64,000 bases of DNA from Amoebidium appalachense (taxonomy: Eukaryota; Protista; Ichthyosporea), in contig CAVNZM010000010.1 of assembly GCA_963693365.1 (NCBI GenBank), forward strand, positions 7,565,794 through 7,629,793, in the 5' to 3' direction. Shown here one piece after another: positions 1 to 12,591 of this stretch; position 1 is the stretch's first letter; the number at the start of each line of letters is the position of its first letter. Below the pieces are notes generated by a model. The model worked only from the letters and a program-made list of their open reading frames with translations, was not told the origin of the DNA and did no database searches. The position numbers and the translations under genes were made by a program.

Positions 1-42
1 TGTGTGTGTACACGCTAACCGGGGTGCTTTGCACCCACTCAC

Positions 43-395
43 AGACTACCGGCGAGCCCCTTAGGCAGACGTGAGGACGGGTATGTTTCGGAGCACGATT
101 CTTCCGCGTACGGACCACAGCGGGCTAGAAAGCGCCATCGCACAGACAACACCTAATCGGTGTGGGCACCACAAGGGACGTAGGGCACAATGTTGGCCCC
201 TTCTCCCCCTTACACCCCTTTCTGTGGCCTAAATATCATAGCGTCTCAAATCATTTCTGCTGTATTGTCTACACATACATGCGGCTGCCATGTTGGATGA
301 CACGAAAAGTCTGTGGTGATGTACTGTGTTCGTATGGCCCTATGAAACTTCCACAGTGTAAATGTTTTGTTTTGCTTTGGAGGGATCAAGGGTTT

Positions 396-433
<38 letters not shown>

Positions 434-1005
434 TTGTTGGCATGGACCTTTGTGTTTGAGTGCCAGATATGTGCACTAATTTTTTAGTATGAATGGTTTA
501 TGCACCAATCGGATAGGGATTGCTTAAGTAGCTGACGTCGTATAAATGAACATTATTAGCACGTAGGTGGGTGATAGCACCGTTACCCCGCCTTGACTGT
601 GATGGTACTATGAGTGTGCTTGGTGGCAGCCGCTTTAGATAAACGGCCCGTGTAACTGCAGATGTAGGAATGAAATGTAAATAATTTAGCGTTCTAAAAA
701 AGGGTGTGAATTGAGGCACCATATTAAGTGATAGATTTACAATAATGTCTAGACCAGTATTTCGACTATAAATGGTGGGGTACGGCTCATAAATAAGCTG
801 ATTGAGAAGTATAATACTTGCCTGTTGTTATTGTGACTTCGGAAGGGGAGCACATAGGAATGAAGATGCTTGGAACTACGCTGATCACACTCGATGGTAA
901 ATATAGCAAATAAATGTGCTCGATGGTAATTATTCATGTAATGTACAGGGCTTCAAAAAACATAGATGGTGCTTCAATCCTTCTGGTAGTACAGCACAAG
1001 CGTCC

Positions 1006-1068
<63 letters not shown>

Positions 1069-1098
1069 CAAACACACACACACACACACGCGCGCGCG

Positions 1099-1130
<32 letters not shown>

Positions 1131-2176
1131 CACACAAACACGCACACACACACCACGACCACCCACCCACCAAAAGAAAAACCCCACACACACACGCACA
1201 CTATGAACATATATAAACGTGCACTTACACGCGGCATCTAATTATACACAATTGAGCAAGTGCAGACGCCCACATGCGCGCGCATACAGCACACACATAC
1301 AAACACACACACGCGCGCGCGTGCACACACACACACGCACACACACACACACGAGTACACTTCAAGGTATCACATTACACACAACTGGCGGGCAAACATG
1401 CATCATCATCTTGTTCGTGTTCAATAGGATCTCGCCCACACACTACATTGTAGTTTGCATGTCACAATCTCATGCACCACTATGTGCGCATGCATGTGAC
1501 GATATGCAAGGCACCCGTCTCATCTTATCACTTTGGGCCGCCTTCGAATGTCAGCTACCCATCATCAGCAGAACCCCCCCTCCCCCCTCGGGCCCTCCCC
1601 TCCCCCCCCCTTCCCCTCCCCCTTCCCCCCGCCGCCGCCTTTGATCTGAACACAGACACATCTCCCATCCGCTCTCTCGGTCGACACATGAAGTCGTACA
1701 GCTTGCTCCCACCCCCGTGTTGAAAAGGTTTTTAAATGCACGTGCCAGTGGACACTTCAAATAGTGTGTACAGTAGGCGTGTAATCTGTGTCAAAAGTCG
1801 AGTACTCAGGGGATAGGCTAATCATTCACTTTTGCTACACATGCACGGAAGAAGGATGGAGGGCGGGTGAGGGATGAGTGGGTGGGTGGGTGATAATTTT
1901 TTATTTTTTATTTTTTTATTTTTTATTTTTTATTTTTTTTTGGGGGGGGGGGGTGGGAGGGGGGGGAGGGGTATGCGACACACGATGCACAGCCCGGGAG
2001 CATGTTGAAAACAGCGGGCAGAAATAGGTAAACACTAAATCTTGGAATTCGATGTGTTTGGGGCTGTGTGGTAAGGATGTGTGTGTGTTTGTGTGTGACT
2101 CTAGTCTGTATGCTGAGGTGGTGTTGTGTGTGTGTGTGTGTGTGCGTGTGCGTGTGTGGGGTGCGGTGGTGCGTGC

Positions 2177-2228
<52 letters not shown>

Positions 2229-2519
2229 GTGTGTGACTATGTGTGTACATGTGCATGTGCATGACATTGTTGTTGTCGTGTGTGTATGTACGTGGAGGGG
2301 GAGGGCACAGATGGGGTGGGGTGGGGTATGAGGGAGAGGGGGGGGGGGAGGGGGGGGGGGGGGGGGGGGGGGGGGTATGTTACAAAGTCAGTTCCTTGAA
2401 GTCTACATTCACGACAAACAACATGCAGAACCTGCCATCAGACGGTGGGGGCTGGGGTGGGTTGGGGAGGAGGAGGAGGAGGAGGGGGGGGGGGGGGGGG
2501 GGGGGAGGGGGGGGGGGGG

Positions 2520-2550
<31 letters not shown>

Positions 2551-3467
2551 AATTCTTATTCTCGGTCACCAACCCATGTACATGAAGTTATTGGCCGTGC
2601 TGGCAACGGATTAAACTATGCATTTCAATGACACAGGGGAACCAATGACCCCATGAAAACAGATTACATGCAAATAGTGTCTTAGAGTGACATCTTCTAG
2701 GTCCATGTCTTTGGCAACACCCACAACCGGATAACTGACAAGCAGGAATAGCAGAAGTCTTAGCGGAGTTGTCTTGTACCATGTTATGTATAGAGCAAAA
2801 AGCAGACTAGGGCAACATATCAATGAAACATTAAAGACTAAGTGGAAGGAGGAGGAAAAGGTTTTAACAACGAAGAACAACGCCACAAAGTATACATATC
2901 AACAGAAAATCGGTAATACCCCCCCCCCCCCTACCCCCCCCCGTCAACAATAAATTTCGGTAATCAGCCCCCCCCCCCCCCCCCCCCCTTCTCCCCCCCA
3001 GCCCCCCCGGGCATCATAGTTTGGTCCGGTGGCTTTGGTAGCCTTTGCTAGGCGGTGCAAAGATGATTCTTACGGATGTCGTTACAGAGTATGCACTGCT
3101 GGTTGAAACGTCTTAAATTTTATAATCCATTCAAAGATCTTTCTTTTGGTTACACTGCACGCTAGGGGGGTCCCAAAACCAGCTTTTCTATGTGCTGGAT
3201 GCTGCTAGTGTGCGTGTCCGGGTGCGTACTCAACGTGACGTGCATGTACTCGCTCTATGCTACATAGCTACCATTCAGTTTTGTGTGTGACAGTGTGTGT
3301 GTAGCTCAGGTGTGTGTGCCTGTAAAACTACCGCCCTAGTGCATGGAAGTATGTGTGTGTGCGTGTGTGTGCTTGTGTGTGTATGTGTGTGTGTGTGTGT
3401 GTGCGCGCGCGCTTGCGCATGTGTGTGTGTGCACGTGTGCGCGAGTTTGTGTGTGTGTGTGTGTATG

Positions 3468-3540
<73 letters not shown>

Positions 3541-4701
3541 CACGCATGCGTGTTTTCGTGTGTGGGGGGTGTACATTCGTGTCTACAAGCGGCAGTGTGG
3601 CCTCAACCGTGTAACTATACTTGGGGGCTGAGAAGAAGTCTTACGTTGCGCCGTTAGCAAGCTGATGGCTAGGGATATCAAACTCACTTCCGGCACACGC
3701 ACCTGGTGAAGGGGGAACATGCATCCACGAGTCATGCTCCCCTGACCCACCGTCCTGCACAACTTCCTCTCCCCTCCTCTGTTGTGCCCCTCCATGGCTC
3801 GCCAAGTCGGCCATATAAGCAGCAAAATCTTCCTTGGGGTCACCACTAGTTTCCCCGTTCGTTACACGCCCTCCGTTCACTGTGTTTGGTTTAGAAGTCA
3901 TAGAGTTTGAAGGAGACAATATCTTCCTGCGTGCTAAGGGGTTATTTGTGGCGCGTGGTTGGAGCCCGCATGCCAGCTGGGCCGCTGAGCGTCGTCTAGT
4001 GCCCGGGCTGTGACTGGCCACGGGGGCAGGGGCGGACGGCACTATCTCTGTATCCGTGTTTGTATCCTCGGGGCTGAAGGGCATAGATGTGGCCCTTTCG
4101 AGGCCCAGAGTGCCAGCACTGACGCTGGCTAGTGGCCTGCCTGCTAGTGCTCCACATGCAGTTGCAGACAGACGCCGTGTGGCTGCAGGCGACTCCATAC
4201 CAGTCGGGTCCAGGAGTATATTGGGGGTGGACCGCCTACGTGATAGAGTTAGGTGCTCGGTGGGGTTTAGACCTGCGGCCTGGTTTGTGTTGTTGATTGA
4301 GACTGAAAAGACCGGCCAAGACACAGGGGTGGTGAGGGTAGGAGTAGGAGTACGCCGTGCTTGCTCTTCGTCTGCGGCCGGAGGCGTACCGGCGGGTGAC
4401 TTTGGGGGGCGCTAGCAGTGGGCTGTCCTGCGGTCGGGCCGAAAAGTGCAATGACTGACGGCTTACGCTTCCCGGGACTGACTGGTGGTTGGTCTAGAGG
4501 GCTGCTGGAGGACCCTTGTGTCCCTGCAAACGGGTTGTTGGTGAGGTGTGGTACCCGCCTATTGGTGGCACGGCCAGTGGGCGGTGAGTCCAGGCTCACG
4601 GTTGCAAGCTCGTCTGGGACCACTTCGGGTGCTTGGAAAGAGCGCCGACGAACAGGCGCGGGGCCTAGGCCCAAGGGTTTGTTAACAACAGCCTCCATCA
4701 T
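43..4701 (-). CDS. Multi-exon gene, 3'-partial: long disordered Ser/Pro/Arg-rich N-terminus followed by a probable DENN (Rab GEF)-like domain
   Basis: First exon 4701-3645 (two ORFs offset by one base near 4404-4413) ends at AC|GTAAGA. Phase-consistent AG..GT exons follow at 3154-3086, 2734-2668, 2615-2574 and 2431-2384, with less certain exons at ~2034-1980 and ~1817-1748. Joined: [78 protein letters not shown]...[22 protein letters not shown]. The spacing of P.V...YP / F..P / TWVL / FC / CIVSY resembles uDENN-cDENN motifs as I recall them. Further candidate exons near 1430, 975, 880, 655 and 152-43 are tentative. Confidence 0.5.
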
Positions 4702-6685
4702 AAAGATGTACTCTCGTACACGCGAAGTCCAACAGTCACCAATTTATCTCACACAGAACTGATGAACAGAGCTTCCGAAGCCTGCCGGCCAACAGCAAGT
4801 ACAGTATTTCGTTCTTGTTAGTTGCAACTAAAAACTACATCTAACATGTATGCATTGGCTGAAGTAGCCTAGTACGCTTGAGAGGCGCGGGCCGTGACAC
4901 CGTATACAGTAGGCCGTGTGTGTTAGGAAAGTATGGCTGGACGTAACTACACAGGATTTTGCATAAGTTCTGTATACTCCAGATGCGTGTTCCATTAACC
5001 TATACCCCTAAGAGCTAATGATGGGCCATTTTAGTAAAAACGCTATTGCAGTATGTAGGTACACCAACCATACGGCCTATGGGATGGTTTTGCCACAACG
5101 TCAAGCAGACTCGGCCTACAACAGTCTGTAGCGTACAGTCCCAGTACTGTCAGACTGTAGTGCAAGGTCTCTGCAGAGTGCAGAGCACGTAGACTGACTG
5201 ACTGACGGAGCTCGTGACGGTGCCGAGCAGCCAGCGGGCCGTTAACCATACATTCCAATGTGCCCACAAACGGTAATTTCATTCCACAATTACTCAATGC
5301 TGATTGGTTTACATAATTGAACAGGAAACAGGTGTTTGCTACCGTCAATTGCATGCGGCAGCGCTTGGTAAGTTGGTAGGAATGATACTTGAATGTGGGG
5401 CTGTATTGCAATTTAATGTCTCCTAAATTACAGTGCCTGGATCGTAAACGCATCATATTCGGGAGGCCCCTTGCTGCTCTGGCTCTAACAGGCTTTTCAC
5501 ACGGCAGTGGTATACAATTGATTGTAGAATTTGGAGACTCAAGTCTATGAGGACAGTGACGTCAGACTCATTAAAATGGTACACAGCTATTGGTTACAAA
5601 CCATGCAACACTTTTGCTTGAGCTTTTCTGTGAGATAAAATAAGCGAATCAGGACAATTTGAAAAAAAATGGAATGATGAACAGTCCACCGGAGTCCCAG
5701 ACTCCCAGCCAACCACACAGCGCTGATCCCAGGTACTATGCAGTCTGGCGGGACTCGGAAAGGCGGCTGGCCCCTGCCTGAGGCCCCTGCCAACCAGGCT
5801 TGTGGATAACAACTGTCAGTCGAATGTAGTGCAAATAGACGCAGTAGAGCTCATTATGTTGATATTGTTTGGGCCCGGGTGACACGTACGGTTGCAGTCA
5901 GTGGAACGTGCACGTGCTGGAAAGTGTTTGTGGATGATACATAAGCACAATGCTAATCTCAAGGCACCTTCTACAAATCATGCCTGTTCAGACTTGCAAC
6001 GAAAACAAACTCTGAAAATGTACACTGGGAAGGAGGGCAAGCAGAGATGTGTAGTAATTCCAAAGTATTTGTGCGTGGGCTTGATGTCCAAAACATATTG
6101 AAGCTCGAGTTGCAATAATCCATTGAGTCCCCAGAAGGCGAGAGCGTGCAACACCTCCTGGTTTCGGTTCCCGTCACGGTCGATTTGCAAATCCTTTTAC
6201 TAGGTCTTAGAAACTTTCTATGAAAGATGGCTGCTTCATGAATCTGCCACTGCCTGGCCTGCAAATCTGATTGTGAGGCCCCACCGTGTCCAGGCACATT
6301 CAGAAACCGAACATAGCTATAGGAACACTGAACCATGTTTATTAATGGTGCGAAAGAACCTATATTCCTTGAAGTATTCACACGTGTGGTTATCAATTCC
6401 CAACTTCTGGTTTTCTTAGTCTTGTGCAACACAAATATAGTGGGTGAGAGCACTCCTGATCCTGCGCCTGAATCCCAGGTGTAGTATTGTGTGCTTGCGC
6501 ATTTTGTTGTCTCAGCCACTGTTTAGTAATGCAGTTTTGGATGTAGAGAGTAGAAAAAGAGACCATCTCGCCAGGTGGTTGGCACTATGATGGGGTTTAT
6601 GCTTCAGGAAGACTTGCTCGTTGCCCCGCTCTCTTTTGGCGCAGTGCTGTCCTCATTTTATGTTCTTGCTCCCATTGGCTGAGAT

Positions 6686-6790
6686 GACTTCCCGGCCGGG
6701 ACCCGGACCGGTGCAGCCCCTGCCAATCAGCAACGTCTTGACAAAAAGGAATGCGCTGACCTAGTGAGCAATCAGTTGTGATTGGCTTCC
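6686..6790. promoter_or_regulatory. Promoter-like cluster of CCAAT boxes upstream of the protease-homolog gene
   Basis: GCCAATCAG at 6722, GCAATCAG and TGATTGGC at ~6768-6787, ACTTCCGG at ~6687 and GGAATG at 6748-6753, all in non-repetitive DNA ~400-500 nt before the ATG at 7188. Confidence 0.4.
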
Positions 6791-7187
6791 TTGCATTAAG
6801 GCTGTGCTCTTGCTTTTCGATTGGTCAAGTTGGCCCAAATATGGCTCGTATAAAGCAGGCCTTTGTGACTGGTCTTCGACAGAGCAGCAGAGTACTCGAA
6901 CTTGAAAACTTACCGTATGATGTACATTATTTACCACAGCAGTCACACGTGTCTAATAGCTGATGGAACTGCTCTGTTTAGTCCCACGCCGGCGCTTTGT
7001 GCATACAAAACGGATTTGGCAAGTGACGCACACATCTAATTAGAGCTCATAATCGACCGGTGGATAATTATAAGGTCTGAAGGTGCATGTTTAGAGACTG
7101 GTTGCCAAAAGTACGTGCCACCCGCTTTCATACCTCACTTACACTGCCACATGATAACGAGCCTCAGCCTCTTCCTATTTTTGCAAA

Positions 7188-8444
7188 ATGCTGTCTAAGA
7201 AATGCCTCCAAGCCCTCTTTCTTCTTTGGGCCGCAGAACTATCAACTGCTGCCCCATACCCATCAGATGACCCACATCTCGAAGCCATTCCCATTTATGA
7301 TGTGCCCGACCAGGTTATGTCTGTGGCTTCTGTAGGTGGCATCAGTGTTGCTGCCACGACGCCAACTGTAACGGCCAAAAAATGGCTGGCCTCACTAGGA
7401 TACATCAGCAGCAGCACATACAAGCACATGTGTGCAGCCGTGTTCATTAGTCCTACATGGGCCATGACGGCTGCACGATGTGTTGTGCCTTCAGCAATCA
7501 AAACGGATATTCTGCGTACAGGTGCTTTAACACTGACCAAGGCCTACACCGACTACGCGATAGTAGATTTTGCCATCCACCCAGCCTATGACAAGACTTC
7601 AGGTAGACACGACATAGCGCTTTTACAGATATCCGGCTCAAACCCAGGCCCTTTAGTCAAACTGCCCAGCCTTACAGGTGCCGCAGTCTCCGAGGCCCCA
7701 GGGAACGTTCTGAACGTGCTTGCATGGGGCTACTTTACCACTAGTAGCCCGGCCAGCGCGGGCACACTGCAACTTGCACAGGTGCCTGTGTCCAACCAGT
7801 CTGTGTGCTCAGCAGCCTACATTGATAGCGGTATCTTCCCGGGCCAGGTCTGTGCAGGCGTTACCCCTGGGGCACCAACTGCATGCCAGGGCTACGGCGG
7901 CGCGGCCATGTACAAGGGCACAGACACAGACGCCACCATTTTGGGCATGGGGTCATGGGCTGCAGGATGCAAGGAGGGTGCATTCTACGGCGTCTTCACA
8001 CGTGTGTCGCAGTACCTCGAGTGGATGTCATCCGTAACAGCTACCCAAGTCGACCTTGGCCCAAGCAGCGGGTATTTACGCCGGTCTTGGAGAGACGACC
8101 TGAAGTGTGGCTGGATGTGGCGCACGGCAGACGGCAACAGAGCATTATGCCCCCCCGGCCAGTGCTGTGTGGGCAATTCATGCTCAACAGCGGCGTGCAG
8201 TACTCGTAGTGACGACAGCAGATACATTGTGTCACCCCCGGGGGGTAATGTAGTCCTCGACCAGCCAATAGTATGGAGAAATGACTTCAGGTGCGGCGCT
8301 GGGTTTCCTCTTGGCAACGGGGCACCGTCAGAGTGTAACCCGGGCAACAGCAATGCATACTGCTGCTCGGCTTTGGGATATTGTTCGGCGACAAAGGATG
8401 CATGCTACGGGCCAAACACATTCAACTACAGGCAGTATTGGTGA
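7188..8444 (+). CDS. Secreted trypsin-fold (S1) serine protease homolog, catalytically inactive, with two C-terminal hevein/CBM18-like Cys-rich repeats
   Basis: Intronless 418-aa ORF with an N-terminal signal peptide. S1 motifs: HMCAAVFISPTWAMTAARC, HPAY..HDIALL, AWG, CAG, CQGYGGAAM, SWAAGC, GVFTRVSQYLEWM. Two repeats begin WRDDLKCG and WRNDFRCG; the second carries CCSALGYCS..C. Confidence 0.9.
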   Translation: MLSKKCLQALFLLWAAELSTAAPYPSDDPHLEAIPIYDVPDQVMSVASVGGISVAATTPTVTAKKWLASLGYISSSTYKHMCAAVFISPTWAMTAARCVVPSAIKTDILRTGALTLTKAYTDYAIVDFAIHPAYDKTSGRHDIALLQISGSNPGPLVKLPSLTGAAVSEAPGNVLNVLAWGYFTTSSPASAGTLQLAQVPVSNQSVCSAAYIDSGIFPGQVCAGVTPGAPTACQGYGGAAMYKGTDTDATILGMGSWAAGCKEGAFYGVFTRVSQYLEWMSSVTATQVDLGPSSGYLRRSWRDDLKCGWMWRTADGNRALCPPGQCCVGNSCSTAACSTRSDDSRYIVSPPGGNVVLDQPIVWRNDFRCGAGFPLGNGAPSECNPGNSNAYCCSALGYCSATKDACYGPNTFNYRQYW

Positions 8445-9328
8445 TCTAAACCGGGAGGTTATATTTTATGCAGGGAGGCCTTTTTAAAGGTTACTTTGAT
8501 AGTTTGGTCGTGCCGGACTGTTTTATGCTCTACATTGTGCGCATGCCAACAGGCTTTCTTCTAGAGTGTCTGATGGTGTTCCTAGATTGGCTATCAGGCA
8601 GTCTTTGGCAATAATTAGCGACAGGTATAATACACGTGTGGCCATGGGTTGTTTTAATTTGTAGAGAGGACGAGCGGGTGGGCCGGTGGGGAGGGGGGGG
8701 GGGGGGGGGGGGATATGATCTTGCTAGCACGTGAGTGCACCTAAGGCCGCGTGCGTGAGCGGCTGGGGATTGATGAATACTCAATTTACGTGATTTGTAA
8801 GGGTACGTAGGCATCAAAAACTGTTTTTACTGGAAACCCTTGGTAAACCACAACTGTTTTGGTTGGTACCAGCGGAACTCTCCAGGTGAGAGGCTGCGAG
8901 TCATTGTACAGCAACTTTAGTGATTGCCGAATATTCAATTCCGGTGAATGTATATCTAGTGTATGCCTACTATGATAGCATGGTGTTGTGCTGTAATATA
9001 TCGGTCAGCAGTTTCTCGCCGGAAACTCTCCGAGAACCCTTTTTCGAAGGTAAATATAAGTTAAAGCTCTTGTTGATTTAGACTTTTGTGACAAATATAA
9101 CTAAGATCTCTTTTCCAAAGTGCTCACGTTTGTCGAAATGATTCTCATCATGTCTCAACTGCAGTAATACTTCAATGCTTCGTGTATATTCCGAACATGG
9201 ATCAATACCAATAGAGCCAAATCTATACAAAGACTTCACAAATGCTAATCGTAACGATTGTTGTGCCACTGTGCTGGAATTCGAATCCCCGGCTGCACGC
9301 CTACGTGGGGGATGGGTGGAGGGCTGAA

Positions 9329-9360
<32 letters not shown>

Positions 9361-10447
9361 TGGGGAGCAGGCCGGGGGAGGCCCTGGGGAGACTCTAGAG
9401 GGGGGGGGACGGAGGGGGCAGGGGAGGAGCAAGAGGGTGAAGAAGGGGGGAAGGGGGAGGGAGCGGGGAGGGGGAGGGGGGGGGGGGGGGGGGGGGGGGG
9501 AGGGAGCTACCTTCCACGGCAATGGGTCATTTAACGAGAGAACGAAGGGGATTAAGTGGGGCAGGGGTGTGGGGACAGGGATGGGGATGGTGGTGGCGGT
9601 GGTCGTGTGTGGGGGGGGGGGGGGAGGGGGGAGGGATGGGGAAGGGGGGGGGGGGGGGTTAGGGGGAGTGGGGGAGGGGAAGGGAGGGGTGGGGGAGTCC
9701 GAGAGATAGGGGGGGGGTTGAGTACCTGGCGGGAAGGAAGGAGTTGTGAAGTGGATGGACGGCCCTGTAAATCCAGTAGCCTAAGAGGAGGGTTTCAGGG
9801 GGGGGGGGGGGGGATGGTTTTCGTGTGTAATTCCGTGTGGTTTCTTTGTATAGAATACTCTGCGACACGCGGGGTGGGGGGGGGGGGGGAGGCTTGACCT
9901 ACATTTTCAAGACCACGTGATAGAGTGGACATGTTCGTATGTGTACCTGAAGCGGGGGGCCGGAGGGGGGGGAGGGGGGGGGGCTGTGTGTGTGTGTGTG
10001 TGTGTGTGTACCTTTATTTTTCAAGACCACGTGCTGCCGCAGTGGGGTGCACATGTTCGTATTTGTGCCTGAAGGGGGGAAAGGGGGGGAGGGGGAGAAT
10101 ATGTGTGTGTGTGCCCATTGGGCGGGTGCACGTGGGTGGCTGTTGGGGGACGGGAGACGGGGGGGCAAGGGGGTGGGGGGGGGGGGGGGGGGGGGGGGGG
10201 GGAGGGAGGTGCGGGTTGGGGGGGCTGGGCGGGGGGGATGCAATACTATCGGAGCCTCTGACGCTTAGGACCTAAAGGCACGCAACGGTGCGTGTCTGCC
10301 TGCACCTGCATGCGCAAAAGTCGTGGAGTTGCCTTTTTTTATTATTATTTTTCCTTTCTCCCCCCTTTTCTTTCTTTCTTTCTCTTTTTCTTTCTTTCTT
10401 TTTCTTTTTTTTTCTTTTCTTTTTATTTTTTATTTTTTTGAGAGAGT

Positions 10448-10513
<66 letters not shown>

Positions 10514-10877
10514 ACGACAGGCGGGTGGGGAAAAGGAGGGAATAACGGGATGAAGATGTGGTTGGTGGGTGGGGGTGCAAGGGGGGGGGGGGGGAGGGGG
10601 GGGGGGGGGGGAGGTGGGACGAGGGATTTGAGGGATGGGGCTCTCTTGGGTGAGCTGATCATCGAATTACATGTTTTAACCCACCGTAGTACTGTTCACA
10701 AGGGTTGGCTTGTGGGTAATTCTCATCTTACACTGAGATAGGTCCGTACAACAGAGGCCCCTAGGTATAGGAAGATCACTCACTTAAGCCACTATGGCAC
10801 ATACATTACCAACATAAAAATAATCATAAAGTCCAACAACCTTTGCCCTATGTGTGTCTGGGCCCTAACTAGCTCCC

Positions 10878-10918
<41 letters not shown>

Positions 10919-10928
10919 AAAAAAAAAA

Positions 10929-10959
<31 letters not shown>

Positions 10960-11387
10960 TCTTGACGGCCCCTTTATGTTATTGAGGGTTCGAAACGTTC
11001 TCCGTTGATTTTACGTCATCAGATTCCGTGTTTTGATCAATCTTGTGTACGTGGGGTGACTTCCTAGGAACCAAAGTGTTTCACATTATCCAATTGCTTG
11101 CCTCAGTGACTGCATCTAACTAAAATAGCTACAGTTGCAATCGTTGTCTGTGTGGGATGAACCCCCTTGGAGGAGGGTGGGCCGGCGGCGACGGCGGCGG
11201 TGGGGGGCGGGGGGGGGGGGGGGGGGGGGGGGGGGATACTCCGTGGCCGAAGTAGAAGACAACGCGGCACGGTGCCCTGGCATTGGAGGAAAGAGGGACC
11301 AGACGGGCAGGGGATGAGGGGTTATCCGGGCATGGAATAACATGACTGTGCAGGATACAAAGGGCTTTTTTTTTTTTTTTTTTTTGT

Positions 11388-11421
<34 letters not shown>

Positions 11422-11949
11422 AAGGACCAGTGGTCCAGTCATCGTTTCGAGCCCCAACCCCCTCTTTTGTGTAGAATGTGAAGACAGTCATTTAACAAGG
11501 CAGGATACGGATATCACGTGCATAGTATATCTTTTAATACTTTTCGACTTTGAGCCTTTGGGAAAACACCAGTCCCTCTCGTGACACAGTCACGGTGGCT
11601 ACAGAAGTTAGAAATACATTTGTTGTGCCATTTACCCCTAAAAAACAATGTGTTTTTGTTTGAAATAGCTTCAAATCCGATTTTCTATTACACTAGCTCA
11701 AAACCTCCATTGTAAAACAGCGCTTTGCATCAAAATGCAGTTCCGATATTCTTATACTCCCACACAACACACGGGGCCCTGTCATATATCAGTGCATTCC
11801 TGTCTTTTACGTGCATATGTATGTTGAATACGGGGATGAGTGGAAAAGAAAATAGACAGCAAACATGTGGAAGCACAGATGTTTTTCATGTCTTGCACAA
11901 CATCATAATTAACAAAGTCCACCACTGGCACAAACACACCACAAATCCT

Positions 11950-12591
11950 TTACCGACGGCGGTCAACATCAGCATCATAGGTGATTTTGTGCCCATGCTC
12001 ACTGTCAGGGAACCTGTTTTTCTTCTCCAGCTCTGCATAGTTCGCATACATGATGGGGTCGACAACTTCCTGCCGGCGCTTGCGGCCAACAGAACCCGTT
12101 ACGGTGCCCGTGTTATCTTCATGCTTGGGGTGGGGGAGAATCTCAAAGCTGTGTGCGCCGACAAACTGGTCTTTGGTGTGTGCATCATTCACCTTCTGCA
12201 CCGAGTTACTCTTGCCCTTCTTGGCCAGACTGCGCCCCTTTGCTGGACTGTATTCGGTTGTGGAGGGGTTGAGAATCTCGGTGGGGAAGGCAGGCCCGGT
12301 CACCCGCAGGTTCTCATCCGTGTCTGTGGGCATGCCCCCCAGGACAGCAGTGGGTGTGGCGGGTTCCGTAGCACAGGCAGGGGTAGTCTCTGCCTGAACA
12401 GTGGCTGCATCTGCCGTGGTTGCATCTGCCTCCGTGGTGGCGTGGTGCACCTGTTTGCCTGGAGCATGCGTGTGTATGGGTGTGGAGGCGGCATTGTGTG
12501 TTGTTATGTCGTCGTCTGAGGCAGCTGGGAAAGCTGAAACGAGCGCGCCCCCTGCAAAGAGAATGGCTATGGTGGTAGAGAAGAGCTTCAT
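11950..12591 (-). CDS. Secreted low-complexity Ala/Thr-rich protein (213 aa) with polybasic processing site
   Basis: Intronless ORF; signal peptide MKLFSTTIAILFAGGALVSA; ATTEADATTADAAT and PACATEP stretch; GRKRR|QE site; A-rich context (AAAATG) at the start codon. Confidence 0.8.
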   Translation of the reverse strand: MKLFSTTIAILFAGGALVSAFPAASDDDITTHNAASTPIHTHAPGKQVHHATTEADATTADAATVQAETTPACATEPATPTAVLGGMPTDTDENLRVTGPAFPTEILNPSTTEYSPAKGRSLAKKGKSNSVQKVNDAHTKDQFVGAHSFEILPHPKHEDNTGTVTGSVGRKRRQEVVDPIMYANYAELEKKNRFPDSEHGHKITYDADVDRRR

